Source: a virus
Length of the DNA: 39,378 bases
IMG/VR virus record: IMGVR_UViG_3300043331_001419
Span: 1-39,378 of that record
Strand: one strand, 5' to 3'
A model generated the notes under the pieces. It did no database searches. It was not told the DNA's origin and saw only the letters and a program-made list of their open reading frames with translations. Below, one piece after another: positions 6,442 to 14,161 of this stretch. A program made the translations under genes and the position numbers. The stretch's first letter is position 1. Every line of letters starts with the position of its first letter.

Positions 6442-6765
6442 ATGGCGACGCTCGCAAACCTCTGGCAGAAGCTCGACACCTACCACGCGACCATGAGCCA
6501 GCACTGGACCGGCTTCGACCGCGCGTTCACCGGCGCCCAGCAGACGATCAAGCAGATCGGCGGCATCCTCGCCCTCAACCGGGGCGTCGGGCCGGCGCGC
6601 GCGGCGACGGTCGGACGCGCGACGATGCCGGGGCGCCGGGGCCGGCCGCGCCTCCCCGGCATCACCAAGATCGTGAACGTCAGCACGAACACCGGGATGC
6701 CGCGGGGGCGCCGCGCGCACCGGGCGACGCGCACGACGACCCAGCGCGCCCGCATCCCGGCGTGA
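6442..6765 (+). CDS. Hypothetical protein with AT-hook-like RGRP motif (107 aa)
   Basis: ORF track. ATG 6442 lies 5 nt after AGGAGG (6431-6436). Sequence: MATLANLWQKLDTYHATMSQHWTGFDRAF...PGRRGRPRLPG... Confidence 0.7.
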   Translation: MATLANLWQKLDTYHATMSQHWTGFDRAFTGAQQTIKQIGGILALNRGVGPARAATVGRATMPGRRGRPRLPGITKIVNVSTNTGMPRGRRAHRATRTTTQRARIPA

Positions 6766-6773
6766 GGCGGCCC

Positions 6774-7109
6774 GTGACGCCGAGCCAGACGATCACGAAG
6801 GCCACGCGACTGATCCGCACCGCCGACCGGCACGGCGAGGCGCTGACGAAGACGCTCGGCCAGGCGCGCGAGGCGCTCGGCACGGAGGCGTGGGCGCGCG
6901 GCTCGCGGAGCCTCCTCGCCGGCCAGATCGCGGCCATTCACGCGTGCCTGGCGACGATCCACGCGCTGACGATGACGCACACGCAGCTCGCGCTCTGGGG
7001 CGACCAGGCGACGACGAAGACGAAGGCGGGGATCCCCCGCAACGTGCAGAAGACGCGTCCGAAGGCGAAGGCGATGACCGCGCCGCCCGCGACAGAGGCC
7101 GCGGCGTGA
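6774..7109 (+). CDS. Hypothetical protein (111 aa)
   Basis: Second half of ORF 6360..7109. GTG 6774 follows GAGG (6764-6767). Sequence: VTPSQTITKATRLIRTADRHGEALTKTLGQAREALG... Confidence 0.6.
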   Translation: MTPSQTITKATRLIRTADRHGEALTKTLGQAREALGTEAWARGSRSLLAGQIAAIHACLATIHALTMTHTQLALWGDQATTKTKAGIPRNVQKTRPKAKAMTAPPATEAAA

Positions 7110-7141
7110 GGTAGACTCGCCGCGTTCTCGGGAGCCATGAA

Positions 7142-7160
7142 GGTCCGTCTGTGACGGACC
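7142..7160. terminator. Hairpin GGTCCGT-ctgtg-ACGGACC between convergent operons
   Basis: Read directly, in the 110-nt gap between the plus-strand stop (7109) and the minus-strand stop (7220). No clear U-tract. Confidence 0.4.
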
Positions 7161-7219
7161 GCCGACGGCGCGATCGGGGGGTGGAGCACTCGGGCCCCCG
7201 GGTCGCGCCGTTGCTGCGT

Positions 7220-7423
7220 CTACCGCTCGGCGCTCGCCTCCGGGCCGGGCTTCGGCGTCTGCCGGCCCTGGAACCAGAAGCCGACGACGGCGCCGGCCAG
7301 GCCGAGGAACGCGTCGGCGCTGACGGTGCCGACGATGAATCCGTACACGACGGCCGCGGCGAACAGCACGGTCACGATCGGGCGCACGGGGCGGTCGATG
7401 TACGTCTCGACGCGGTCCATCAC
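7220..7423 (-). CDS. Small two-TM membrane protein (holin candidate)
   Basis: ORF track 67 aa. Sequence: MMDRVETYIDRPVRPIVTVLFAAAVVYGFIVGTVSADAFLGLAGAVVGFWFQGRQ..., with two hydrophobic helices. It is the last gene of the late operon, and its start overlaps the upstream stop. Confidence 0.65.
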   Translation of the reverse strand: MMDRVETYIDRPVRPIVTVLFAAAVVYGFIVGTVSADAFLGLAGAVVGFWFQGRQTPKPGPEASAER

Positions 7424-7797
7424 AGCCCCGGCAGGCGCTTGGCGCCGCGCACGAGCGCCGCCCAGGCGACCGCGCCGCAGTGCTGCCGCACGGCCGGCGG
7501 CGGGGACATGACGACGTGGTCGAGCACGTGCGCGCGCAGCGTGGCCGTGTAGAGGCCGTCACCGGGGCGGGGGTCAAACAGCGGCCCCTCGAGCGCGGTC
7601 AGGATCTCGGCGAGCGCGGCCGCGCACGGCCCCCACGGATCGCTCGCGGGCAGCAGCTCGCGCACGTCGTCGGCGAGCTGGGCGGCGGCGCGCAGATCCT
7701 CGAGCGTGCGGTCGCGCAGCCGGTCGCCCGCGGGCGACGACGACGCGCAGCCGGCCAGGGCGAGGGCGGCGAGCAGGGCGAGGGCCATGAGTTTCAC
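7420..7797 (-). CDS. Lipoprotein (lipobox LAGC), 125 aa
   Basis: GTG 7797 lies 5 nt after GGAGG. Sequence: VKLMALALLAALALAGCASSSPAG... It could be an outer-membrane spanin-like or an exclusion lipoprotein. Confidence 0.7.
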   Translation of the reverse strand: MKLMALALLAALALAGCASSSPAGDRLRDRTLEDLRAAAQLADDVRELLPASDPWGPCAAALAEILTALEGPLFDPRPGDGLYTATLRAHVLDHVVMSPPPAVRQHCGAVAWAALVRGAKRLPGL

Positions 7798-8000
7798 TGG
7801 AACCTCCGGAGCGGGGGGCGGGCGCGCCGACGCGGCGCAGGACGCGGCGTGAAGTCGTAGAGCGTGGCGCCGATCACGACGCCGACGAGGCCGCGCGCGC
7901 ACGCGATGCGCACGAGGTCGACGCGGCGGAGTCGCCCGGGTCGGCGCAGACGAATGGCCGGGACGCGCGGGCCGCGGCGACGCACCAGGCGCAGCGTCAT
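7794..8000 (-). CDS. Arg-rich protein with one TM segment (68 aa)
   Basis: ORF track. ATGA overlap at 7997-8000 and GTGA overlap at 7794-7797. TM candidate: LVRIACARGLVGVVIGATLY. Confidence 0.5.
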   Translation of the reverse strand: MTLRLVRRRGPRVPAIRLRRPGRLRRVDLVRIACARGLVGVVIGATLYDFTPRPAPRRRARPPLRRFQ

Positions 8001-8215
8001 GGGCGCTGCCTCTTGGCCCGCTCCCGCAGCGCGCGCTCATGGCGGAGGTCGCCCCACGCCCGCCCGCAGGGCGCCCCGCGGCGCCGGCACCCCGCGCACA
8101 GGTGGCGCGTGTCGCAGCCGTCCGTCGGGCAGCGCCGGCCGCACGCCTCCGGGCAGCGGTGCCGGACCTTGTCGACGATCGTGAGAAACCGGGCGCGGAT
8201 CTCCGCCGGCGTCAT
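7997..8215 (-). CDS. Cys-rich protein (72 aa)
   Basis: ATG 8215 is in an ATGA overlap. Sequence: MTPAEIRARFLTIVDKVRHRCPEACGRRCPTDGCDTRHLCAGCRRRGAPCG... Confidence 0.6.
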   Translation of the reverse strand: MTPAEIRARFLTIVDKVRHRCPEACGRRCPTDGCDTRHLCAGCRRRGAPCGRAWGDLRHERALRERAKRQRP

Positions 8216-8730
8216 GGCGCCTCGGCCGGCACGCGGGCCACGCGCTCGACGTGGATCGACAGGGGCGGGAACCCGGTCGACGGCAGGCGGAGCATCGCGA
8301 GGTCGCCCCACTCGGCTGTGCACGGCGGCGGCAGGATACGCACCCGGCGTTCGGTGGCGTCGCGCACGGGCGCGCGCAGCAGCACCTGCCTCAGCTCACG
8401 CACGTCGGCGCGCGCCTGCGCGACCTCCTCGTGCACGGGATCGATGAGGTGCCGGAGGTCCGTCATGAGGTCGGCGCGCGCCTGGCGCATCGCGGGGCCG
8501 ACGTTGTCCAGGTGCTCGCGCAGGTGCTTCTCGTGCGCGGCGTGCGCGGCCTGCAGTTCGGCCACGTCCGTCTTCGTCGCCCACGGGATGACGGACGACG
8601 CCGTGACGAGCGCGCCGGCGCCGGCGACCAGCATGGCGATGGCGCGCACGAACCAGTGCGCGGCCAGGCGCGCGAGCGGCGACGGGCTAGCGGGCGGGGC
8701 CTCGGAGGAGCGCGAGCACGTCGGGTCCAC
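8212..8730 (-). CDS. Membrane-anchored coiled-coil protein (i-spanin-like architecture)
   Basis: ORF 8212..8796. The start is uncertain; I chose GTG 8730 after GGAAGGG. TM: AAHWFVRAIAMLVAGAGALVTASSVI. A helical region follows (ELQAAHAAHEKHLREHLDNV...ARADVRELRQVLL). Confidence 0.55.
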   Translation of the reverse strand: MDPTCSRSSEAPPASPSPLARLAAHWFVRAIAMLVAGAGALVTASSVIPWATKTDVAELQAAHAAHEKHLREHLDNVGPAMRQARADLMTDLRHLIDPVHEEVAQARADVRELRQVLLRAPVRDATERRVRILPPPCTAEWGDLAMLRLPSTGFPPLSIHVERVARVPAEAP

Positions 8731-8983
8731 CGTCAGAGCCCTTCCAATCAGAGTCACAGCGCGCCCGACGCGGGCGCTCGTCGACCACGTCGTCAATCGG
8801 CACCAACACGCCGACGATCCCGGGCGGATGGTCGGCCAGATGTGCCGCGTGCTGTGCGCACACGGGCCAGAGCGTGAGCCAGCCGCGCGAGGTCCGCACG
8901 CGGAAGACGTGCGTCACCGGGGCGGCGTGGCAGCGCGTCACGTGCGAGGTCGGAAAGCGGCAAAGCGCGCCCGGCCACGTCAT
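8687..8983 (-). CDS. Hypothetical protein (98 aa)
   Basis: ATG 8983 is in an ATGA overlap. Sequence: MTWPGALCRFPTSHVTRCHAAPVTHVFRVRTSRGWLTLWPVCAQHAAHLADHPPGIVGVLVPIDD... Confidence 0.6.
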   Translation of the reverse strand: MTWPGALCRFPTSHVTRCHAAPVTHVFRVRTSRGWLTLWPVCAQHAAHLADHPPGIVGVLVPIDDVVDERPRRARCDSDWKGSDGGPDVLALLRGPAR

Positions 8984-9345
8984 CCGAGGGCCTTGTACTT
9001 GTCGACGACGCCCTGCTTCACCTGGGCGATGGTGAGCGCCGGCAGCGCGTGCAGGGCGCGCAGCGCGTTGAGCTGCTCGCGGACGTAGAGCACGGCCGCC
9101 TGCAGCGCCCGGTTCGTGTCGAACTCGCGGATGCCGTTGGCCTGGGCGCGCTCGTCCGCGGTGGGCGGCACATGCGCGGCGATCAGCGCGTCCACCTGGG
9201 CGTCCGTGAGGTCCTCGGCGCCGAGGATGCGAACGACGCCGGCGGACTCGATGAGGCCGCGGAACGCCGACGGCGACTGCGCCACGAACTCGCTGTGGAG
9301 CTTCGTCAGATCGAACGGCTGCGTCAGGACCCGGGTCCTCTCCAT
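8980..9345 (-). CDS. Hypothetical protein downstream of the tail fibre (121 aa; fibre-assembly position)
   Basis: ATG 9345. Sequence: MERTRVLTQPFDLTKLHSEFVAQSPSAFRGLIESAGVVRILGAEDLTDAQVDALIAAHV... Confidence 0.65.
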   Translation of the reverse strand: MERTRVLTQPFDLTKLHSEFVAQSPSAFRGLIESAGVVRILGAEDLTDAQVDALIAAHVPPTADERAQANGIREFDTNRALQAAVLYVREQLNALRALHALPALTIAQVKQGVVDKYKALG

Positions 9346-9353
9346 GTCGTCCC

Positions 9354-10727
9354 TCACCCTCGGATGGTGGCGGTGATCGTGGTGCGGCTGCCGGCGGCGC
9401 CGCTGCCCTCGATCGTGAGCGCGTTGGCCGAGGCGCCGGCCAGGAGCGTCGCATAGTGCCAGCCCTCGGTCAGCCGCGCGACGACGTGATTGCTGAACAT
9501 GCCGGCGGAGACCGAGTCGTCCCACCGGCCGGCGGTGTCCTCGGCCGTCGTGTCGTCGATCCCGATCGAGGTGCGGCCGGTCCCGGCGCCCGTCATCACG
9601 CACCCGCCGTGCGCCTGGATGATGACGTCCTCGTCGACCCACGTCACGAACTCCACGCGGCTGCCCACGGCCATCTCGTCGAGTCCGGTGCCGGTGGTGT
9701 TGACGCTCGCCCCGAAGTTCGCGCGCGCCGTCTTGGTCCGCCGGGAGTACGGGAACCATGAGATGACCAGGCGCTTGTTGTCGGCGTCCATGAACTGGCC
9801 CGGCGTGGTGGCGATGGTGATGACGAACCCCACGAGCGTGCGCGTGGCGTCGCCCGACTTCACCTCCACGCCCCATGTCGCGTCGGGCTCGTGCGCCGTC
9901 GTCGACAGCTCGAGCACGGTGCTGCCGAGGCTGTCGTAGGCGTAGACGTAGTAGCCCGTGGTCGCCGCGAGCCCCGTGTTGGCGATGGTGAGCGCGGCGG
10001 GGATCGCGCGCCGCGTCCAGGTGCTGCCGACCAACAGCGGGATCACGCCGACGCCGAGCGACAGGCTGGTGCCGCTCGCGACCGCGAGGATCGGCGTGCC
10101 GAGCGTCGACGGCGGGACCCAGAGCAGGCCGTCCGTCTGCGCCGCGGCTGCGGCCAGCACCTGGCCGTCCGCGCCGACGGCCTTGCGCGCGGCCACGCCC
10201 GTGGCCCCGCCCACGAGCACGTCGCCCTTGGTGGTGATGGGGTCGGCGTAGGTCCCGCTCGCCGCCAACGCGACCAGCTCGAGGCCCGTGGCCCCGCCGT
10301 TGACGCGCAGGTAGCGGTTGGCGACGAGGTCGGGGAAGGTCACGCCGCTGAACAGGCTGGCGGTGCCGAACTTCACGGCGCGGCCGACGGTCTCGTTGAG
10401 CTGCTGCACCAGGCGCGTGACCTTGTCGAAGGCCCCTTCGACCGTCTGCGCCGGCAGCGGATCGTTCTCGACGAGGTCGACGGCCTGCGTCATGGGCGCC
10501 GCGGAGATCAGGCTCACGGCGGCGCCGCTCGCGGGCGCGGTCGTGAACGTGACGCTGCCGCCCGCGGCCTCGCCGACGCCGGCGACGGTGTAGCCGCTGG
10601 CCTGGAGGACGCCGCCCACGTAGACGGCCATGTCGGTGGCGACCAGGCACTTCCAGGTGTAGGCGAAGGCCGTGGTGACGCCGTTGCCGGTGTAGTTGTT
10701 CCGGGTCGTCGTGGTCGCGATCGTCAC
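9354..10727 (-). CDS. Tail fibre protein (T7 gp17 position)
   Basis: GTG 10727 follows GGGAGA, right after the TAG of the upstream gene. N-terminus: VTIATTTTRNNYTGNGVTTAFAYTWK. Central motif: TTKGDVLVGGATGVAARKAVGADGQVLAAAAAQTDGLLW, typical of phage fibres. Confidence 0.8.
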   Translation of the reverse strand: MTIATTTTRNNYTGNGVTTAFAYTWKCLVATDMAVYVGGVLQASGYTVAGVGEAAGGSVTFTTAPASGAAVSLISAAPMTQAVDLVENDPLPAQTVEGAFDKVTRLVQQLNETVGRAVKFGTASLFSGVTFPDLVANRYLRVNGGATGLELVALAASGTYADPITTKGDVLVGGATGVAARKAVGADGQVLAAAAAQTDGLLWVPPSTLGTPILAVASGTSLSLGVGVIPLLVGSTWTRRAIPAALTIANTGLAATTGYYVYAYDSLGSTVLELSTTAHEPDATWGVEVKSGDATRTLVGFVITIATTPGQFMDADNKRLVISWFPYSRRTKTARANFGASVNTTGTGLDEMAVGSRVEFVTWVDEDVIIQAHGGCVMTGAGTGRTSIGIDDTTAEDTAGRWDDSVSAGMFSNHVVARLTEGWHYATLLAGASANALTIEGSGAAGSRTTITATIRG

Positions 10728-10729
10728 CG

Positions 10730-13700
10730 CTATCTCCCGATCGTCAGGCTGCCGACGGTCAGCGCCGCCGCCCGCCGCTGCACGTACGCGAGGTGCTTCT
10801 GCACGAGGTCGTCGTCCTCCCCGAACAGGCGCGCGCGCGCTCCCTGCCGGTGGGCGCCGATGACGTGGCGGATCATGAGTGCCTTGCCGCCGTCGGGCCC
10901 GTCGCTGGCGCTCTGATAGACCGGACTCTCGATGAGCGCGGCCAGCTCGTCGCGCAGCCCGGCGCCGGCGAGCTGCACGTAGCGGTCGTACTGCGCGGGC
11001 GAGAGCTCGACGCCCTCGATGGCCCGCGGCGCCTCGAGGCGGATCGACGGCGGCCGCCGCCCCTCGATCACGCGCGAGGGCATCGACACGTTGATCCGGT
11101 GCCGCGCAATCTCCGCGCTGACGACGTCGTCCTTCACGGTCGACGTGTAGATCGGGGAGACGAGGTCGTGGCCGAGCCCGCCCTGCAGCAGGATCGGCTC
11201 GCCGAAGATGTTGCGCCGCGGGGGCAGCCCGGAGGCCCAGCCGGGCACGCCCTGCTGGATCGCCTCGAGGACCCCGCGCGCTTCGCGCACCGTCGGGTCG
11301 ATCGTGCGCGCGATCTGCCGCAGGCCCGTCGGCACCAGCGTGCGTGCGAAGGACTGGACGTACTTCTGCATCCCGCGATCGGGATTCGACACCGCCTCGA
11401 TCGCGTCGCTGAGCCCCTGCAGATACGTCTTGTTGACGAGGGTCTTCGACAGCGCCAGGACGACGGCGGCGGCGACGTTGTCGGCCTGGACCTCGGGGAC
11501 CTGTCCCAGCATCTCCGCGGTGTCGGCCACGAGCCCGACGAGGGCGCCGACGGGATCCAGCCGATTGTAGGCGTAGTAGGTCTTGCCGACCTTGAGCGAG
11601 TACGGCTGCCAGCCGGTGTCGCGCAGCTCGCGCTTGAGGTCCGGGTCGCTCGGTCCGCCGCCCGTGATGAGCCCGGCGCCGGCCATCGCCGAGACGGTCG
11701 CGCCGACCATGAGGCCGAGCGACATGCGCGCCAGCGCCAGGTCGCGCGTCGGCCCCGGCTCGGCGAGATCCGCGCGGTATTGCCGGCTCAGCAGGTTCAG
11801 GCCCGGCGTGCGGTAGATCGTCCACTTCGCGATGTTCGTGGGCGTCTTGATGAAGGGCAGCACCAGGCGGGCGCCGGGGGCCGCGTTCATCGCGCGCATG
11901 AACGATTCACCGGCCTCGCCGAGATCGTTCTGGAAGGTCTGCAGCAGCATGAACGACTCCGCGCGCGCCTTCACTTCGGCGGGCGGGTTGGCCTCGATCT
12001 GCGCCACGCGGCGCACGAGCGCGTCGCCATCGAGCCCCTCGGCGGTGGCCTGGCGCAGCGCCAGCGCCTTGAGCTCCATGCGGTAGTTGACGGCCTTGAA
12101 GAACGCGTCGGTCGCCATCATGAGGCGCGACGGCATCCGCACCGCGGTGCCGAGGTAGTCGATCGCCCGGCCCACGGAGCCGTTCGGGTCCTGGCCGAAC
12201 GCGCCGGCCGTGATCGCGTGCTTCGGGAGATCGAGCTTCGTGCCCTGCAGCGGATCGGCGGCCATGGCCCACGCCTGCCGCGCCAGCCGGAGCGCGTCAG
12301 CGAAGCCGTCGACCATGCCGCGGAGCATCGCGGAGGCCTCGCCCTTGACCACGCTCGTGTCGACGTCGGTGTGGAACTGTGCCGCCAGGGCGCGCTCGGG
12401 GATGGCCCAGAGCGTCGTGAGCGTGTTGCTGAGCGGATTGACGACCTGCGTCTGCGGCCCGGACAGCAGCCCGTTGATCCAGGCCTCGTAGAGCGCGTGC
12501 TGGCCGGCGCGCAGCAGGTTGACCGCCTGCTTGGCCATCACCCGCTGCTGCTTCACCGTGAGCGTGTCCAGGCGCGCGAGGAACGCGTCCACGTTCACGT
12601 CGCTGGCGTCGCGCATGGTGTCGGCGAGCTGCACGAGCTCGCGGGCATCGAACGGGGCGGCGCCGCTCTGCGACACCTCCTGTTGCATCCGCATCCCGCG
12701 GCCCAGGATCGACTCGCCCACTTCGACGTTGGCGGCCAGGTGGCCGGCGACGGTGAAGGCACGCCAGACGTCCCACTTGGCGCCGGGGTCGGTCTTCGCG
12801 CGCTCGCGCGTGTCCTTGAGGAATGCCGTGGCCGCGTCGCGCCAGTCTGCGAGTGCGCGGAGCGTGCCGGGCAGCTCGGCGCCCGGTGCCGCCTCCGGGT
12901 TCCACGCGATCGCCGCCTCGAGGTCCGGCAAACGCGCGTGGCCGGCGGCGCGCATGTCGTTCACGGACTTCGTCGCGCGGTCGCTGGCGAGCCGGTCGGC
13001 GTGCATCTGGTTCACGGCCGCCGTGAGGTCCTTGAAGGCGGCCTCGCCGCTGACGTACTGGAGGTTCACGTGGAGCTTGTCACCGGGCTTCGGTCCCTGC
13101 GGCGCTCCGGTCGACGACTCGCCGCCGCTCGGCGGCTGCGTCGTCGCGCTCGCACTCGTGCCCGGCGCGCCCGTCCCCTGGAACGCCGAGCTCGTCGGGC
13201 CGCCAGGGCCCTCGATCGACATGGAGCCGGCTTCATTGAGCGCGAGGCGGCCGGCGCCTGCCTGCGCGCCCTTCGCCGTCCCGAGCGCCACGTTCGCACC
13301 GCCGCCCGTGAGTATCGCCGCCGGCACGACGTTCAGGCCGCGCTTGGCGGCCTCCATGATCCCGGTCCAGTCCTCGCCGAGAATCACGGCCTCGGTCGGC
13401 TCCTCGAGCCACTCGGTCAACCCCTCGCTCACGCCGGCGACGCCCGCGCGCCTGAGCGCCGGCCCGACGCCAGCCCTGGCCGCGACCTTGAACGCCTGGC
13501 CGAGCGACACGGCGTTGAGTCCGGCGGACGCCAGGCCCATGAACGCCAGCGCCTTGAGCGCGTCCTCGTCGGAGCCGCCGCGGCGCTTCACCTCGTCGTA
13601 GGTCGACGCGCCCTCGAGCGCGCCGCCGACCGTGCCGCCGGTCACCGCCGCGCCGATGCGCGCGAGCTTGAGCGCCACGGCCGGCGACCAGCCGATGAGC

Positions 13701-14161
13701 GTGCCGCCGACGCGGAGCGCCATGCCGGCTGTCCCGGCGGGAACCATGGACGCCGCGAGCGACGGGATCGACTCCGCCACGCTGGCGGTGAGCCAGTGCG
13801 GGTTGAGGACGAGCCAGGGGTTGTCCCAGAGCGAGCCCTGCGCCTGGGCCGAGGCGCCGTAGGACTGCGCCGTCTCCGACCAGTAGCGCGCCATCGATTC
13901 GCCGGCCTGCGTCAGGAGGTCGCTGCCGACGAGCTGGCCGCCGGCCTTGAGCAGCGTGCCGAGGCCGCCGAACGTGTGGGCGCCACCGCGCGCGACGCCG
14001 CGCACGAACTCCTCGCCGAGGCCGATCGCGTCGGACGTCGCCGGCGACGACGGTCGCGTGGCCGGCTGCGGCGCGCGCAGCCGCTGGCGAACGTACGCAT
14101 CGATCTCGTCGTCCTCGCGGCGCCGCAGTTGCGTGAGGTACAGACCGTCGAGCTCACTCAT
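10730..14161 (-). CDS. Large internal virion / ejection protein (T7 gp16 position), 1143 aa
   Basis: ATG 14161 is in an ATGA overlap. Begins MSELDGLYLTQLRRREDDEIDAY... and has Gly/Ala-rich hydrophobic stretches. Size and position (after the gp14- and gp15-like genes, before the fibre) support the call. Confidence 0.75.
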   Translation of the reverse strand: MSELDGLYLTQLRRREDDEIDAYVRQRLRAPQPATRPSSPATSDAIGLGEEFVRGVARGGAHTFGGLGTLLKAGGQLVGSDLLTQAGESMARYWSETAQSYGASAQAQGSLWDNPWLVLNPHWLTASVAESIPSLAASMVPAGTAGMALRVGGTLIGWSPAVALKLARIGAAVTGGTVGGALEGASTYDEVKRRGGSDEDALKALAFMGLASAGLNAVSLGQAFKVAARAGVGPALRRAGVAGVSEGLTEWLEEPTEAVILGEDWTGIMEAAKRGLNVVPAAILTGGGANVALGTAKGAQAGAGRLALNEAGSMSIEGPGGPTSSAFQGTGAPGTSASATTQPPSGGESSTGAPQGPKPGDKLHVNLQYVSGEAAFKDLTAAVNQMHADRLASDRATKSVNDMRAAGHARLPDLEAAIAWNPEAAPGAELPGTLRALADWRDAATAFLKDTRERAKTDPGAKWDVWRAFTVAGHLAANVEVGESILGRGMRMQQEVSQSGAAPFDARELVQLADTMRDASDVNVDAFLARLDTLTVKQQRVMAKQAVNLLRAGQHALYEAWINGLLSGPQTQVVNPLSNTLTTLWAIPERALAAQFHTDVDTSVVKGEASAMLRGMVDGFADALRLARQAWAMAADPLQGTKLDLPKHAITAGAFGQDPNGSVGRAIDYLGTAVRMPSRLMMATDAFFKAVNYRMELKALALRQATAEGLDGDALVRRVAQIEANPPAEVKARAESFMLLQTFQNDLGEAGESFMRAMNAAPGARLVLPFIKTPTNIAKWTIYRTPGLNLLSRQYRADLAEPGPTRDLALARMSLGLMVGATVSAMAGAGLITGGGPSDPDLKRELRDTGWQPYSLKVGKTYYAYNRLDPVGALVGLVADTAEMLGQVPEVQADNVAAAVVLALSKTLVNKTYLQGLSDAIEAVSNPDRGMQKYVQSFARTLVPTGLRQIARTIDPTVREARGVLEAIQQGVPGWASGLPPRRNIFGEPILLQGGLGHDLVSPIYTSTVKDDVVSAEIARHRINVSMPSRVIEGRRPPSIRLEAPRAIEGVELSPAQYDRYVQLAGAGLRDELAALIESPVYQSASDGPDGGKALMIRHVIGAHRQGARARLFGEDDDLVQKHLAYVQRRAAALTVGSLTIGR

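Noticed and set aside
9354-10727. A diversity-generating retroelement acting on the tail fibre, considered because some temperate podoviruses with similar head genes carry one.
   Set aside because: No reverse-transcriptase-like ORF exists anywhere in the 39 kb. I saw no template/variable repeat pair near the fibre C-terminus.
10730-14161. A lytic transglycosylase domain in the gp16-position protein that would account for the missing muralytic activity.
   Set aside because: I could not see a lysozyme-like catalytic Glu-Ser context or any other SLT-like motif by eye in the N-terminal region. A profile search is needed.
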